A DNA stretch of 64,000 bases from a virus. Its lineage: Duplodnaviria; Caudoviricetes. A program made the translations under genes and the position numbers. The stretch lies in IMG/VR virus record IMGVR_UViG_3300027833_000011; one strand, written 5' to 3'. This document shows positions 63,917-64,000 of this stretch, one piece after another (the stretch's first letter is position 1; each line of letters starts with the position of its first letter). A model generated the notes under the pieces. The model worked only from the letters and a program-made list of their open reading frames with translations, did no database searches and was not told the origin of the DNA.

Positions 63917-64000
63917 ATGAGTTTATACAATCACATAGAAAAAATGGAACCTTACTTCCATTCAATAAGAAAACATAAAGGGTTTTTTATCATTGATATT
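63917..64000 (+). CDS. Hypothetical protein, 3'-truncated
   Basis: ATG 1 nt after the previous stop; open to the window end (MSLYNHIEKMEPYF...). Confidence 0.55.
   Translation, partial: MSLYNHIEKMEPYFHSIRKHKGFFIIDI

Noticed and set aside
1-64000. Stop-codon reassignment, as in some jumbo phages
   Set aside because: Conserved genes are full length in the standard code, and TAA, TAG and TGA all end genes at tight junctions.
1-64000. Eukaryotic giant-virus origin, suggested by PLOD, COLGALT and GNA1-like genes
   Set aside because: Sigma-70, ClpP, DnaB/DnaG, gp25/gp6 baseplate, peptidoglycan amidases and bacterial promoters/terminators indicate a tailed bacteriophage.
1-64000. tRNA, rRNA or other known ncRNA genes
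   Set aside because: Intergenic gaps are short and occupied by promoters or terminators; no cloverleaf or T-loop signature was seen by eye (tRNAscan/Infernal not run).

Overview
AT-rich, densely coded, almost entirely plus-strand segment of a large tailed (myovirus-like, probably jumbo) phage genome using the standard genetic code. The host is most likely Bacteroidota, based on the sigma factor type, nTTG-N19/20-TAnnTTTG promoters, an Hc1-like protein and the lack of Shine-Dalgarno sites. Layout: T4-like replication block (SSB, RecA/UvsX, 5'-3' exonuclease, DnaB, NrdB/NrdA; 2-10.4 kb); baseplate/virion block (10.5-28.9 kb); two mucin-like Thr-repeat paralogues followed by seven glycosyltransferase-like genes (28.9-39.1 kb); then a virion protein, RuvC-like resolvase, primase, SbcD, endolysin, small early genes, SbcC, ClpP, sigma factor, a second lysis-like module and putative head proteins. 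The strongest candidate for an undescribed system is a phage-encoded protein-glycosylation toolkit. Virion proteins with mucin-like Thr stalks flank a GT cluster led by a plant SGT1/HPAT (GT96/GT95)-like peptidyl O-glycosyltransferase. Elsewhere in the window are a PLOD-type lysyl hydroxylase, a COLGALT-type GT25 and a eukaryote-type GNA1. All family calls come from motifs recognised by eye and from memory; no database search was run.
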